Counted from the first letter of the whole stretch, positions 25,401 through 39,950 are shown. The stretch: DNA of 63,229 bases, filler included, from Bonamia ostreae (GCA_040357525.1; 57 parts of 57 records of this genome joined end to end with filler, not necessarily neighbours in it); one strand, 5' to 3'. The notes: generated by a model from the letters alone, not told the origin. Made by a program: numbers and translations.

Positions 25401-28400
25401 AAACGCTTTTGTAATTTTCTGTGAATATTTTTATTTTCTTTTTTGTGATTTTAAATTTGGTTTAATATAACTAAATATTACTGTTTTGCCATTTTGACGA
25501 TTTTTACAATAATTTGGATAATTTAAATTTAGCAAATACTTGATTATAATAAATGAATCTGTCTTTGGNNNNNNNNNNNNNNNNNNNNNNNNNNNNNNNN
25601 NNNNNNNNNNNNTTAATTAATTAANNNNNNNNNNNNNNNNNNNNNNNNNNNNNNNNNNNNNNNNNNNNCGAAAGTTTGAGATACCGAGAGTTAATTTGCT
25701 TAGTTATATAGAGAAAAGAAATCGGTAATGTGATAGAATTTTGAGATATCAAGAGTCACCTGTATACACATCAAGCAGATTATTTACGATTTACAAGACT
25801 GAACACCAATACTTGTCTTTATGTACCAAAACAAGAATTGCAGGAGATATGTTGAGGCTATTGCAGGGAATGATTTACTTAAAACTTGTGAAACTTGAAA
25901 TGGGTTTAATTTTCACCAGAAAAACGATCATTACATTTATTATTATCATTGTCATTAAAATCCTGATTGTTCCTTATTTTTCGCCATTACTATTTTATTA
26001 TCATTTTTAGTAAACCTTATCATTATAATGTTTGATTTTTTATTAATATCATTTTTAATCAACAATTTTGTGTATTTTGACTGTAATACTATTTAATTTT
26101 AAAAATAATATTTATCCATTGATCTACACTATATCTGTATGTTTACGATAAAACAACAATGAAATCAAATTGCTGTAAATGATTGTGCAATTCTGTCTTA
26201 ACAAAGAACATCACCATTATTATAATTATTATTATTGTATAACGCAATATTTTTTACGGTCGTACCGTTGGTGTGTGCACAACCAGTGCATGCTTTTATG
26301 TATAAAATCAAAAAATTGCGAAGTTTTCAGGACGTGTATAGACAGCTCTCAAAATCTCGTAAAATGACTTTAGGTTTACAAAATACGGACAGTCACCAAT
26401 CACGGAACTCGCGGTTTCCGAAAGAGTATAAAATTCATAATGTTTATACGGAAATACATTTTCCGTGTTTCGTCGACTTCCACTTTAAACAGTTGATCCA
26501 CCTATCCATTTAACGCCTAAAATATAACACAGTTTGTGTAACCAATGCACTGCGATGTCATATTTAGTTTTGCTGTTATCATTATCAACAAAACGCATAA
26601 GGTGTCAAACTAAATGTCTGATTATTAGGTTACTACTGTAGTTGCTACTGTTATTATGTAAGGTGAAGATAACGAACAGTNNNNNNNNNNNNNNNNNNNN
26701 NNNNNNNNNNNNNNNNNNNNNNNNTTAATTAATTAANNNNNNNNNNNNNNNNNNNNNNNNNNNNNNNNNNNNNNNNNNNNATTTACATAGTACAGCTAAA
26801 TCGTAATAATGTTTATAATTTTGAATTATTTTACTCTAATAGGTTTAACTTCATTCAACAATAAAGACAAATTTCAAACATGATCTGTTTGTGTATTGCA
26901 ATGGAAACTTTTTCTGTATATGTAATAGTGACGTATCTACAGAATATTACGCGACGTTGAAAGCCGAACGCTGACTTAATGCAAGTAGAATCAAACCGGG
27001 GGGGGGGGGGGGGTGGTGGTGTTTTTAAAGTTTGTTAAAAAAAAAACCCCATGGTTTTGGGTTTTTATTGATTTATACCCAACGAGGTGTGTTTTCTATC
27101 TCCTCGCCCTTCAACTAAAATGCAGCTGGAACATGAACGAATGTTTTATGCACCGTCACAGTTGCACCGCATTAATTGATCTGAAATTAAACAATTTAAA
27201 CATGCAGTTCGCAGTTTTCATTTAAAGGTAATATTTTTTTCTTTTCTTTTTTTAGCTGTCTCAGCTCAACATCCAAATCCCAAACCAGAATTCAATGGTA
27301 AGTTACATTTGATTGTGGTATTATTTCATATCGATGATAGCGGTGGTAGACCGAAATGCATTGAGTGTATTACGTACAGTGTTTTAGGACTTCCTATCGT
27401 GTCACGCGTAGATATAATTTGTCCAAGAAGTGATATCCATGCATCCTCTTTCCTACATGTAACATTTACATGTACATCAGATAAAATCAGGAGTCAATAA
27501 TCATGTTGGAAAAATGGTTATTGATCAAATGTTAAATCGATTCTCGCATAAAAATACTTTAAAAATACCATACAATTGCTATGCAAAAACACATTTTAAA
27601 AAAAGTTGCATTTAACGACACTTGATACAAAAGCTTCTTTTTTTTAAATGATAAAAATGTAAACTAAATGTATGTTTTTATAAGTAAAAAATGCAATTTA
27701 CCGTATGCATTGCAATTTATACCCATTATTTCTCAATTTAGTCAAAACCAGTGAGGGAAAATTTGTATTAGTTATATTAGGTATATAAGGAGNNNNNNNN
27801 NNNNNNNNNNNNNNNNNNNNNNNNNNNNNNNNNNNNTTAATTAATTAANNNNNNNNNNNNNNNNNNNNNNNNNNNNNNNNNNNNNNNNNNNNAAACACGG
27901 ACCACTGGATATATCAGAGTACTACTCCTAGGTTATATAGAAAAATAATGCCCTTTAAAGACAGTCCTGTTGAGATCATATATCCTCAATCGGAAATGCG
28001 CATTGTTCTTTAACACAGATTTTAGAAACGAACTCTTGTGTAATTGGTTACTATTTTTATCTACGTGGTCTCAGATCTTACTCAATGAATTAAATATCCC
28101 AAAATCGGGCATTTGGTGATTTAGTTGTTGAAGGCGTATCTAACAGTGGGTGTAAATTTTGAATAGCTGTAAGTATATTAATTTTAATTACATTGTGCAA
28201 TTATCATGCATTATGCATTCAAAATTATATTCCTCATTGCATCGCTACCTTTACAGTACTAATTTTGTTCTCTGTATTTATAATGTATTTGTCAGGTGTT
28301 ATTAATCATTACTTTTATGCACGACAGGGATTAATAATATAGCTGTCCTTTAACGTCTCCCTATTTTATTTATAAATATAAGTTTCTGCAGGAGCATATC

Positions 28401-29003
28401 GAAATGATCGCCCTTGCTTACGTTATGGAAAATATTCCTTTCTAATGCACCGGTCGCGGAGGAATTGGAGTTGAGGTGCTCGCTTGGCTACCGTAGGGTC
28501 TGGGTATTGTTTATCCCGTCGCTATCGTAAACCTTAGCGATATAAGCAATTTAAAGGCGTTCTTCTATTTCTATTTCCTATTTCCGGAAATTATAATCCC
28601 ACTTAATTTTTATCAGTGACGGTACAGTATTGCTGAACTCCTTTATATACATGGTTTTAATCTTCATGATATATTTCAAAGAGAGCTAGTCAAAACCCTA
28701 GCCATTACCGGGTTTTGCGAGATTAAAACGTACGGAGTAAAGATTAAAACCAAGCCGGAATGGACTTGAACATTAACATGCAGGAAGATAGGAACGCTGT
28801 CAATATGGGGAGCTAAATGATTCAACATTCTATTCGTATAATTGGAAAATTGTAATTCATATTGGAAAGGGAATTCATATTGCTGATAGGAGTTCTGAGA
28901 TTGNNNNNNNNNNNNNNNNNNNNNNNNNNNNNNNNNNNNNNNNNNNNTTAATTAATTAANNNNNNNNNNNNNNNNNNNNNNNNNNNNNNNNNNNNNNNNN
29001 NNN

Positions 29004-30014
29004 CACAGCAAGTGTGGTACGATAGGGATCCCTTCCTGTCGTAAGCGCTTTTCCAGGTATCCCAATTGTAAAGTTTCGGTTCTGTTCCTAGTAGAATATC
29101 ACAACTAAAAGGTAAATCTAGATAAAAGCAGAGAAGAGCAGGAATATCTTCAGAAAATACCATTACTTTCTTTTCTCGTGCAAACTTTATCGATGTTTTC
29201 ACAATTGGTAAATTAGCATTGCTTTCAGAATTTAAAACGGTTCGAAGTTAACATTCAAGAAGATAATGGAATCCGATGAAAAGTGCCTGACCAACAAGAA
29301 CATATTTGATACAATCGGAATTTTGTCAGCTTTACAATCTCCAAGACCCCATACGTAGTAAACAAGGCTTGACTTGTGTGCTTCTCGAAGTAAACCTGCT
29401 GTATCAAATAATACAAGGGGCATAGTGCAGAACTCATATGTGTGGACGTCAGATTAATCCAAACCGCTATTTGTAACTGTCATAAACCACTATTAGTAAC
29501 GGAGGGTCAAGTGGTTCTTCATATATTGTCAAAAGGGTTCTAGAGTGTAAAATGATAACTTGCTGATATCTCTTGAAAGATGAAGTTGAAAGACCGTGAA
29601 CAATCATGGATCCAATAATTTGCTTTTCAACTTCATTAGCATTACCCGCACGATTGATCTTATTCAGTTTCAATGACGAACCCCCAAAAGGATTTCTATT
29701 TTCATTATTGAATAACAGCATAATCAAAGTATCTTTTCTGTCCCTCTCCATTCTTAAATTACCTGCCTGTTTGTGCTGTTCAATTGATGTGTATGCAGTC
29801 AATTCTTTCATAGAGAGTGTAGTCTCTGCAAAAGCTGGCATTGTACGCAACCACTGTGACGTCATATCCTACGTCATACCACGTGATGTCTCGTCAATCT
29901 TCCTGATTACTTCACACTTCTCATCATTTTCCCCTGCCAAATCTGGTCATATAGCGTCACTAAATATATAACTTAGACGAGCAGGCTACTAACAAAAAAG
30001 TTGATGTTACTGGG
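29004..30014 (-). pseudogene. Decayed DNA-transposon ORF, tentatively Academ-like, host
   Basis: RGMT...W..TMP, EQHK..R..RD..D, NPF, YE...PL.LFD..G..R...KS.L and V.V..ED motifs spread over several frames. Confidence 0.55.
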
Positions 30015-31225
30015 NNNNNNNNNNNNNNNNNNNNNNNNNNNNNNNNNNNNNNNNNNNNTTAATTAATTAANNNNNNNNNNNNNNNNNNNNNNNNNNNNNN
30101 NNNNNNNNNNNNNNGATATGTAATCATTTATTAGGATGAAAGAAAATAGGTTTCTGACCTGTCATGCTTAAATTTCCAATTCCTTAAAAATATTTTTTAC
30201 TCACGGACAAGGTACCTCATCCAAGCGGTTGGTGATGGGGGTATTAGCCTGCACCACCCCTCGAACTTCCCTGGATGCACTGGGTCTTTAAAGAAATCGA
30301 TAATTTTAAAATATTTTACATCGTTGATTAAAAAAAGTTGTAAGTAAAATAAAAATGCATCATACCTTCCTATGACGGAACGGGATGTTTTTTAAGGGTG
30401 TTTCCTCGTTTTTATAACATGAACCCATGTGACATTTTGAGAATATCTCATAGTTAAAAAAATATATATATTTGTTAATAAATGAAATTAAAATCCGAAA
30501 TTGTGAAATACATTCTGTTTTCCATAATGCCTCTGGGAAACTTTCATATAGAGTTATTCATGTTTTTGTTTATATATAAGATCAGATATGACATTTACAA
30601 AGTGATTTAGAAAAAGGGGGAGGGGTCTGATAATGACAGAGAGGATCGTATTTATCTTTTCATTCCTTTTCATCTTTTTACCAATCGAAGTCTCACAGTT
30701 ATGTAAATAAGACTATAGAATTAATTATTCATTTTCACTAATGTAAAATTCAATAATTTGAATATTATCTTGGACGTGTTTGTAAGAAAACTTATCATGA
30801 GATAGCTTTTCGGTGTTTTATAGCATCATTCATCATATTTTTCATCCCGGTGTAACTTTCTTCCAGAGGTATCTGATGATCAAATATTCGTCTGATATAG
30901 CGATTAGAAAAATGGCGAGTTGATAATGGCAGGTACGTTTGCTTTCCTCCTCCATCTCTCAACCAGCCTAATTGTTTAGTTTTTGTATAGTCTCACTTTT
31001 GCGCCAGGTACTAAATATTACCCCTTCACATCAAACCTCGATTCGGCGAGAAGCATTAAAATAAGTTGTAGACCTTATTGGTTAATCGTCGTAAAATAAC
31101 TATAGTCTAATGTTGTGGTTTGAATNNNNNNNNNNNNNNNNNNNNNNNNNNNNNNNNNNNNNNNNNNNNTTAATTAATTAANNNNNNNNNNNNNNNNNNN
31201 NNNNNNNNNNNNNNNNNNNNNNNNN

Positions 31226-32236
31226 AAATAAAGCTTTGACAAAATATTATATTCAATAACGAACACCGATCTTAAACTATTCGGAGAAAACAAAAACGGG
31301 AACTTTGAAAAAGACAAAATAAAAATAATTGTTCTTTTATCTCGTCTCATCGAAGCAACTCCAAAAATCGAAGAAAAACAGCAAATTTTTAATGTTTTTG
31401 AAAAAATTAAATTTTACTGACGAAAAATTAGATCTTCGCGCGTTTTCCGGTCCCAGAAATTCTTCCAATTCTGAAACCGCTGATTTTTAATTGTTCCGAT
31501 TCTGCAATTTCGTCTCTTGAAAACTTGTACCGCAACTACGAAAACTCCAATCCGCAAGAAAAGAAAAATTTTGAAGGATTATTCAAAGTAGCAACATCAA
31601 CACCAAAAATTCCTGAACTTCAAAAAATCGGAAATTTTATAAAAAACGGTGATTTCTGGAAAGCGATTTTTCAGCGATATCGAAAAATGGCGAATTCGGA
31701 ACTCAAATTTAAAGTCGCTTTAAAAGCAAACAGATTTTACGAAAACGACAAATCTCAACAAAAGAATGAGCAAATGTTTATTGAAACGATCCGAATCGCG
31801 ATTAGATTGGGGAAAAATGGCTTCGCTATCGCTTTATTGAGTAAACATTACAAAAACTCGTTTTTCGAATTGACGAAACTGTTTTTGGAATCAGTTTCCA
31901 AATCGGATTCGTTCGAGATTTTGGAGATTGAATCTTGGGGAAGAGCTCAAGTCTTATTAATATCGATTTTTGCTTTTTAATCGTCGACTAATTTTTAATA
32001 TCGATTTGCTAAATTTGTTAACTTTTTTGATCGGAAATGGTCGAAATTTTAAAAATTTAAGAATGCGATTACGAGAATTTTAGAAAAAATGGCGAGAACT
32101 GAGCCGATCGAGAATTTTACAACAAGAATAGAAATAAACAAAAACACGAAAAATATGGTTCAAACTTTCGGTCCGTACGGCGCGCTCATTTACAATTCTG
32201 TTTTAAGTAATAACAAACTTCAAGGTTTACTTCAAA
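31226..32236 (+). CDS. Protist hypothetical protein, multi-exon, partial
   Basis: Successive ORFs (31525-31980, 32089 onward) separated by a GT..AG AT-rich segment; no family recognised. Confidence 0.5.
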
Positions 32237-33478
32237 NNNNNNNNNNNNNNNNNNNNNNNNNNNNNNNNNNNNNNNNNNNNTTAATTAATTAANNNNNNNN
32301 NNNNNNNNNNNNNNNNNNNNNNNNNNNNNNNNNNNNGGAAAACGAAAGTGTGACAGACGGATGGACGGACAATATTCTTTAGAAAGTGTGGGTATAACGA
32401 GTGAAGCACGCTAGGCACTTAATGGACGAATTCATTGTTGATTAGGGGGTTTAAAGATTTAGACATACTTCATAATACGCCTGAGTTTCCCCATATAGTA
32501 ATTTAGTAAATAACTTTTTAAAAAATGCAATGTTAACTGCGCTAGTGAAAATAAATCAATATTGAATTTTTAAAAAAAAATTCAGCAAAATCACTTTTAT
32601 GTATACGGTAATTAATTTTTCTTTGAATGTTTGAAAAAGTTCATGCCAACTCCCAAGAGCACATTCTGTATTTTGATTGGACTTTTAATCTATACGACCA
32701 TGCATGCCTCTACATATCCAGATAGAAGACATTCTCGTTTGTGAAATTTCAGTCACTTATAGATACTGCAAGTCGATTGGACCTTACCTGCATGTCAATA
32801 TGTGCTGACAGCAGAGGCATATGCATGTATAAAACTTGCTACATGTACGCTCGATTTCAATTTTATATGGTAGGAGTGAAATGAACCTAAATCGACATCA
32901 ATTTACCAAACTTAAAAATTCACAGGAGGGGGCACATACTTTAAGTGGTAAATATAAATCACTTTACACAGGCATAAACTAGCAGTCGCGTGGGTTTATC
33001 GCTATCATTTAGAAAATCTTGTTTTGAATATAAAGTTTTTTTCTTAGGTGAATACATGTTGAATATTCAAAAGAGGTATTGGAAAATATAATTGATTGAG
33101 ATGTCTGTATAAACTTAACAAAAACTCAATAGAGGCTTTTTCTATACATGTACATGTATACTAAGATATTTGCTTTTCCTTGTTTTCTCCAAAGTACATG
33201 TATGTAACTTCCCCGCCGGTCACTTCATATTATTTGACATGTCTCTAAGTAGGTAGCCCTTTATTTGCTTACATTATTTTGTTGTGAGCCTTTACACATA
33301 TATTACTATCGAATAGTGGTAATCTCAAAAGTTTACAGAAAGTAATCNNNNNNNNNNNNNNNNNNNNNNNNNNNNNNNNNNNNNNNNNNNNTTAATTAAT
33401 TAANNNNNNNNNNNNNNNNNNNNNNNNNNNNNNNNNNNNNNNNNNNNTGAAAATCGACACAAAAAACGTCCAAAAAAG

Positions 33479-33775
33479 GGACCAAAATTATATTTTGTGG
33501 ACGACGAAGGAAGCAGATTAGAAAATGACATATTTTCCTGCGGATCCGGGTCTACGCATGCTTACGGCGTCGTCGATACAGGACGCAAAGAAGACATGAA
33601 CGAAGATGAAGCGATCGAGTTAGCTAAAAGAAGCATCTACCATGCGACGCACAGAGATCCCTATTCAGGCGGCGTCGTCCGAGTTTTCGTGATATCCAAA
33701 AATGGACATCGGACTGGATATTCGGCGGACATGAACGACCTTCACGAACTTTACGACAATAAAGTAAATCAGTAG
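33479..33775 (+). CDS. PSMB5: 20S proteasome beta5 subunit, last exon
   Basis: GPKLYFVDDEGSRL..DIFSCGSGSTHAYGVVD...LAKRSIYHATHRDPYSGGVV. Confidence 0.95.
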   Translation, partial: GPKLYFVDDEGSRLENDIFSCGSGSTHAYGVVDTGRKEDMNEDEAIELAKRSIYHATHRDPYSGGVVRVFVISKNGHRTGYSADMNDLHELYDNKVNQ

Positions 33776-33977
33776 ACATTATTTTTTTAAAAGAAAAAAA
33801 TTTTTAATTTTTTCAAAATTCAAATGCGAAAACAAAGCAATGTCTAAATTTAGTTTCCAAAAACGATTAATTGTAAATCGATTAAAAAACATAATCAAAT
33901 TAAATTTTAAAAACGCTAAAAAACTAAATATATTATCGATTAGTAAAAGTAAAAGCTCTCGAAGACATTTAGCCAAA

Positions 33978-34458
33978 ATGACTGATCAACGCGATAAGAA
34001 TCTTTCTTGGTGGGAATCCATTAAATCCAAATCGCAGTCGTACTTTTCTTCTTTTTGTTTTTGTTCGAAATTTTAAGTTGACAATTCTGAAAAGAAAAAG
34101 TCGACAAACAAAGAACATTTCGAAGCAGTTCCACAAAAAAGAAAACAATCTTTTTTGTCGAAAGTGGCAGAACTCGCTTCGAATAAAAAACAAAAATTGG
34201 TCTCAAAACTTCAAAAAAATGTTAAAAATCAGTCGACGATCGATTTGGATTCTTTTTACGATGAATTTGTTTACGACGATGCGAAAAATCGAATCGAAAA
34301 TAAGGAAAAAATTGACAAAAATTTGGACAAAAATAAAGATAAAAAGGAGGAAAATCCTTTAAACTTTTTGCGCAATCAGAAAAAAGACGATTTTAATATT
34401 TTTGAAAATTCTGGTGATAACAATAAAAAGAAAAGTTTTTTTTTCCAATTTTTAGAAA
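33978..34458 (+). CDS. Protist hypothetical protein, 5' part
   Basis: ATG at 33978; a putative 21-nt intron at 34057-34077 (GTTTTT..TAAG) removes the in-frame stop and joins ORF 34155 onward. Confidence 0.45.
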
Positions 34459-35424
34459 NNNNNNNNNNNNNNNNNNNNNNNNNNNNNNNNNNNNNNNNNN
34501 NNTTAATTAATTAANNNNNNNNNNNNNNNNNNNNNNNNNNNNNNNNNNNNNNNNNNNNACCCGCCGTGAGTCCTATATGTTAATGAGGTAAACGGATTTA
34601 TCCTTCGTGAAAATCAGTGTGTCAGCATTTAATACTATGAAAAGTTGCAACGACCCTAGAATTTACAAAATATTGCAACGGACCAAACCACCTGAGTTAT
34701 CTGGACACCGCAGTTTTAACCCGGCTAACCGCTACACATGAAAACTATTGATTATGATATTTCGAAGTGTCCATCGTGTGTGAATACTCAATTGTGATAG
34801 TTTGTGTTAACCCTCTCACTCCAAAAAGATGTTTTTAAAGGTTTTCGTTTGATAAGAATTAATTTGATATGAAATGAACAATTTACTTTAAACACGTGTT
34901 ACATATTATCTTGAGTATTCGTTACACATGACTGATCCTAGTGTGAAACAGTTACTGACAATGTAATTGACACTTAATTGATTAAATGAGTCCTCTTCAG
35001 AGTAATGTATCTCAGGTTGTTTTTTTTCATACGTAGACGAGCTATTCTCTTTGAAATGTTGTTTTGAAGGGATATTTGATTGATCGATTGTAAATCGTTT
35101 GAAGTCCCATCCGTGAATGATTCACGCATATGGAGACGTCACCACAAACTCCAGAGCAGGACGTTAAACAATATGCAATCAATCAATCGATCTATTGACG
35201 ATATTAGATATATGTAAATGTTCTAATGTGGAATTAAGGCACTTATATTTTTATGTATTAATTTATTTTCAACACATCCTTTCTATTTCGATATAATCAT
35301 AATTTTCATTAAATTAAACTTTGATATTTATGAATAAAAATCACAGAGAGCGTTCGAAACGCAAAATTCAAAATCTGGACCAAACCTTTTCCCCATCTCA
35401 AAGCGTTCCGCTTTTGATAAGAAC

Positions 35425-35568
35425 CAAACACCACTGTGCCAATTTCAACCAATCTTTGCATAAAGCACCCTTCGGAGAAGGGAATTAAAGTTTGTTAAAA
35501 TGAAGGGTCGTACCCTTCCCCAAAGGGAGATAATAGAAGAATGGTGAAAATATATTGGTGACTTTTAA
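35425..35568 (+). repeat. Oyster satellite-like (Cg170/HindIII-type) monomer fragment
   Basis: CCAATTTCAACCAA.CTT.GCA.AAAGCA.CCTT...GAAGGGAATT.AAGTTTGTT.AAATGAAGGG recalled as the oyster ~166-bp satellite; diverged relative at ~43880-44090. Confidence 0.6.
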
Positions 35569-35952
35569 NNNNNNNNNNNNNNNNNNNNNNNNNNNNNNNN
35601 NNNNNNNNNNNNTTAATTAATTAANNNNNNNNNNNNNNNNNNNNNNNNNNNNNNNNNNNNNNNNNNNNGCGACAGAGTGGTATATCAATGTGATGGTGAT
35701 TACGACGCCGCCATGACAGATTCGAAGATATGTCGTCTTAGCTTTTTAACCACTTCTCGCTAAGATGTATCGACATTTTGATATTTAAGAACTAATTTAG
35801 ATTATTAAAAATCCTTTTAACGATGGAACAATCGCATCGTCAAAATTCGATAAGACGGAACTGGATGAAGAGAAAGTTAAAATGACAAAATTGATAAATC
35901 ACAAAATTTGGAAGCCGGCTTAATATTAAAAATGGCTTCCATACATTTACGC

Positions 35953-36465
35953 CTAAAGGTAGTAAGCCTTAGCTTTACATTTGGGAGTAAAAAGGCGATT
36001 TTCGTTTTTTCCGGCGATGATCGATCCGTACAAATAAGCCACTTTATGGGCGATCTGACATGGCGCAGGGACTCTAATCGGACCAGGGAAATTGTAGTAA
36101 GTGTGACATAATTGGTTTGTAAACGTTTGCAGTTCTTCCTTTGTTTTTAAATTTTGTTTAAAATATTTTCAAAAATTTTTAAGAACATTGGAAATGCCGT
36201 AATCGTCGTAGACGACAATATATCGGGTTGGCCTGGACGTCTTTCCGTTGGGCGGTTTCGTCGTCAACATGTAGAAGTCCCAGAAGCGGGAGCTGACGAT
36301 GGTGTGGTCGACGACCGTACCTGGTTCGCCGGATTGCAAATTAGTGTTGAAGATCCGAAGCGAAACCCTTTTCTGCACTACGACGAAAGTGATTTTCGGG
36401 TTATAAGCGCCCTTCGCTCTTTTCAAAATCTCATAGTGTTTGAAGGAGTTTTTGAATGATTGCAC
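35953..36465 (-). CDS. Piwi-clade Argonaute, C-terminal exons (36187-36465, 35953-36138), protist
   Basis: [34 protein letters not shown]...[52 protein letters not shown]...AYYL*. Confidence 0.93.
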
Positions 36466-36477
36466 CTTTTGGTAAAA

Positions 36478-36678
36478 AATTTTGTCATTAAATTTTGATT
36501 TTCGTTAAATTTTGTTTTCAGTTAAAAATTTTGTAATTAAATTTTGGTTTCCGCTAAATTTTTTATTGTTAAATTTTGATTTTCGTTAAAATTTTTATTG
36601 TTAAATTTTGTTTTTCGTTAAATTTTTTTGTCATTAAATTTTGTTTTCCGCTAAATTTTTTGTTGTTAAATTTTGATT
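36478..36678. repeat. T-rich intronic minisatellite (TTAAATTTTGxTTTTCG units)
   Basis: Degenerate tandem copies upstream of the Piwi exon acceptor. Confidence 0.8.
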
Positions 36679-37479
36679 NNNNNNNNNNNNNNNNNNNNNN
36701 NNNNNNNNNNNNNNNNNNNNNNTTAATTAATTAANNNNNNNNNNNNNNNNNNNNNNNNNNNNNNNNNNNNNNNNNNNNGATTCTGACGTTATTCATATAC
36801 CCGAATTTGTAATATTTTTGAAAAACACACAAACTATCCAATACAAAACCAGGTGGAAATAATATAGCTGTGAAGGTAATGTGGTCAAATATGCACATTT
36901 TTTTAAACTGACTGTAAATTCGTTTCTTGTTTTAAATTGAGCCAACCACTTGTAAATACACCTGATAATGTTATTATTTATGCACCACCTAAAGAAAGTA
37001 GATAATCTGTTCCTGGTTGTTTTTGTTAGATAGTGATTCCTTTAGATAGAACTGATATCCATTCCCCACAATGAAAGAGTATGTACTTTTTGTAATACAG
37101 AAATAGGAGATGATTCCATTATATTTTACAGTGTCCATTTTTTCCCTATCAAGGACTAAAATGCATGGACATTTGTTTTACGAAAAACCAAATATTCAGA
37201 AGCTTTCTACTTTATTGTCAACTCAAAATTTGAAAACATTAAGCAATCTCTAAGTTTTTATTTCTCATATTTTTTTTTCAGATTGGCTGCTGTTCTTTGT
37301 AATTGTTCTTCTGCTACCGCTGTACATTGTGGGTATTATGTGGTAGTGTACGGACGGTCCCGGTGCCGTCCCCCCCGGGTCTGGCGTGAGGGGGGGGGGG
37401 TCNNNNNNNNNNTATTGTGATTCTGTCGTCTTATACATACAGTACATATTCCGTCCCCCCCGGGTATATCATCAAGTTG

Positions 37480-37570
37480 CATTGTTCCGTACACGAACCT
37501 CTGACGATTCTTCTTGCATGTATTGTACGTTTAACATGTTTTTGGCGAATAAATTGAATTGAATTGAATT
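37480..37570 (+). mobile_element. 3' end of a non-LTR retroelement
   Basis: AATAAA immediately followed by a (TTGAA)n microsatellite tail. Confidence 0.5.
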
Positions 37571-37888
37571 AGATTGTCGCGTTATCATGATGAACTGAAT
37601 ATAAAGTCCATCGATCGATAATAAGCCGTTAGATATATCATACTGTTTTACAAATATGAAAACTCAAACACTTCTTCAGATATATTGATGACATTATACG
37701 ATTTGAATAATAATCATAATATTTACTGCCCATGTTTTAAACAGTACAACTACGTGTATATATTTTAGTAATTCTTGGGCATTTACCGNNNNNNNNNNNN
37801 NNNNNNNNNNNNNNNNNNNNNNNNNNNNNNNNTTAATTAATTAANNNNNNNNNNNNNNNNNNNNNNNNNNNNNNNNNNNNNNNNNNNN

Positions 37889-38805
37889 TGACAACAGCTC
37901 TTTAATCTCTTCGTCGCGGCGAGAGATGACGGCTTCAAGTTCATTTATTTCTGACCGATGGATGGAATTCATCTCTTCGATTCGCTCCTGTTCGCGAAGA
38001 AACCGGTCGTTTATTTTACGGGCTGCGGAAGTTCGGCTTTCTTCCAACGAGTTGAACAGGGACGCCAATCTTTTGTTTTTGGAGCTGATTTGACGTTCTT
38101 TTTCGGATAACTCGTTTTCGAATTTTAATTTTTGTTCCGTCAACAAATCGTTCTTTTTATGAAAAGTTAAATTTTCATTCGAACCATTTTTTTGCCTTTG
38201 TCCATCTCGGCGACCAAATTTTCTATTTTCGCGTTTAAAAAGGCGTTTTCCTTCTCCTTCTTGATCTTTTCTTCCGCGTCTTTTCTCAACCTTTCCACTG
38301 TTTTTTCCGACTGTCTCAACTTTTGTGAATTGGAAATTTACGTTTTTGTTAATGTTCTCGGCGGAAAAATTTGAACATCGCAATTTTTCCCGAAAAATCG
38401 ACTTTTGGCGATCCGAAGATTTTTTTCTGTTGTCCACCTCATTTTGCAGTTTTCTTTAAATCGGTTTCGAAAAAAATAAAACAAGATTCGCTTTTTCAGT
38501 TTTGCTTTCTCCGCGTCATTTTGGACTCTGTCCGCAATTTGCAGAATCAGAGTTCTCGTTTCGTTCTTTAGTTTATTTTTTAGTTTTGAGGTTATTACTT
38601 TCGAGGTTTGTCTTTTTGCCAGAAAAAGGCCTTTTCCGAGTTCTCTGTTTAGACATTTTTCCAGAATGCGCTGATTTCTCAGCGTTTCGAACAACTTTTT
38701 GACTTCCAATGTTTTGTTCACCGCATTGGACGACATTTCGGAGATATTAAAGTCCGTTGAATCATTATTGAAGGTTCTTAAGTTTTTTTGTGATCTAAAG
38801 CTCAT
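37889..38805 (-). CDS. Protist coiled-coil protein, 5' part
   Basis: ATG at 38805; two overlapping E/K/R-rich ORFs probably joined by intron(s). Confidence 0.55.
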
Positions 38806-38997
38806 TATTTTATTTAAATGGATTAAAGCAATTTGTATAAAAATCTTAACAAATAAGCGTTGTTAATAAATTTTTTCTTGCGGATAAATTTTATATTNNN
38901 NNNNNNNNNNNNNNNNNNNNNNNNNNNNNNNNNNNNNNNNNTTAATTAATTAANNNNNNNNNNNNNNNNNNNNNNNNNNNNNNNNNNNNNNNNNNNN

Positions 38998-39950
38998 TCC
39001 CGAATGAAAACGATACAAAGTTATGGAACTTAATACAACATCAATATTGTAAATTTCCTTCATAAGTTTTGACCGCTCTAAAACCTCCTCACTCATCTCT
39101 TCTGGAATGTGTCCGAAAATCCATAAAGTGTCACCTATCATACATCCAGGGGCGCCGCAACTACAAATAGAATTTGCAATTAAGCTTTAATTTACCTTCT
39201 GCTTGTACTCTGCATTTATTCAGAAAATAGATCAATCGAATTACTTGCCAGATGTTATCGAGCTTTAAATGACACTACCTTCAACTATCTCTTCATCAAT
39301 ATACTAGTATGTGTTTCAAATATCAATATGCGGATCTTGTCCTACCTTTCCATTTTACGAAGATAATCTTTCGTTTTAACTTTTCCTCCTTGGTTGGTTT
39401 GTGGTTTCTTATTATGAGTATTCAACATTTCTTCCAATTTTTCTAAACAGCCGAAAATCTCCGGAAAAGATTTGGTGTCATTTAAATCAGAACTCTCTAC
39501 ACTCTTTTTAAAGTGTTTAAATTCTTCTTCTACACAGGCACAATATGCATTATATAAATGACTCTTATCTCCCCGGGGTTGTAACACATGTTCCATATCC
39601 ATCTTTGTCTCCAGCAAGTCAGAGTAGTGGATATCAGTTTGCTCGAAGTTGTCCATGTAGAAAATGAAATTATTTTCTTTACATTCTTTCTCCAGAACAG
39701 CATCTTTAAGGGATTGATAAACCTACAAAGGAAATATACATGACAGTTTGAACTTTGAAACAGTTCATTAAGATATTGTTTAACTTGGTCTTTTGCACAC
39801 TTACCATCAATTGCATGTGCATTTGCGGGTTTTTCAAACATATACCGATTAATGGAATTTTGTAAAATTCACTGGCTAATCAATGCATCGTTATATTCAC
39901 CTTTCATATAGTCCTATTCACGTACTTGAAAGTTAGAACTGGGAGTTTCC
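38998..39950 (-). CDS. Host hypothetical protein, three exons
   Basis: Acceptors TTGTAG at ~39723 and ~39164 and donor GTAGGA at ~39346 link the listed ORFs; no family recognised. Confidence 0.5.

Noticed and set aside
26998-27060. Poly-G run as a G-quadruplex element
   Set aside because: Homopolymer with low-quality-looking flanks; probably a sequencing artefact or a simple host tract
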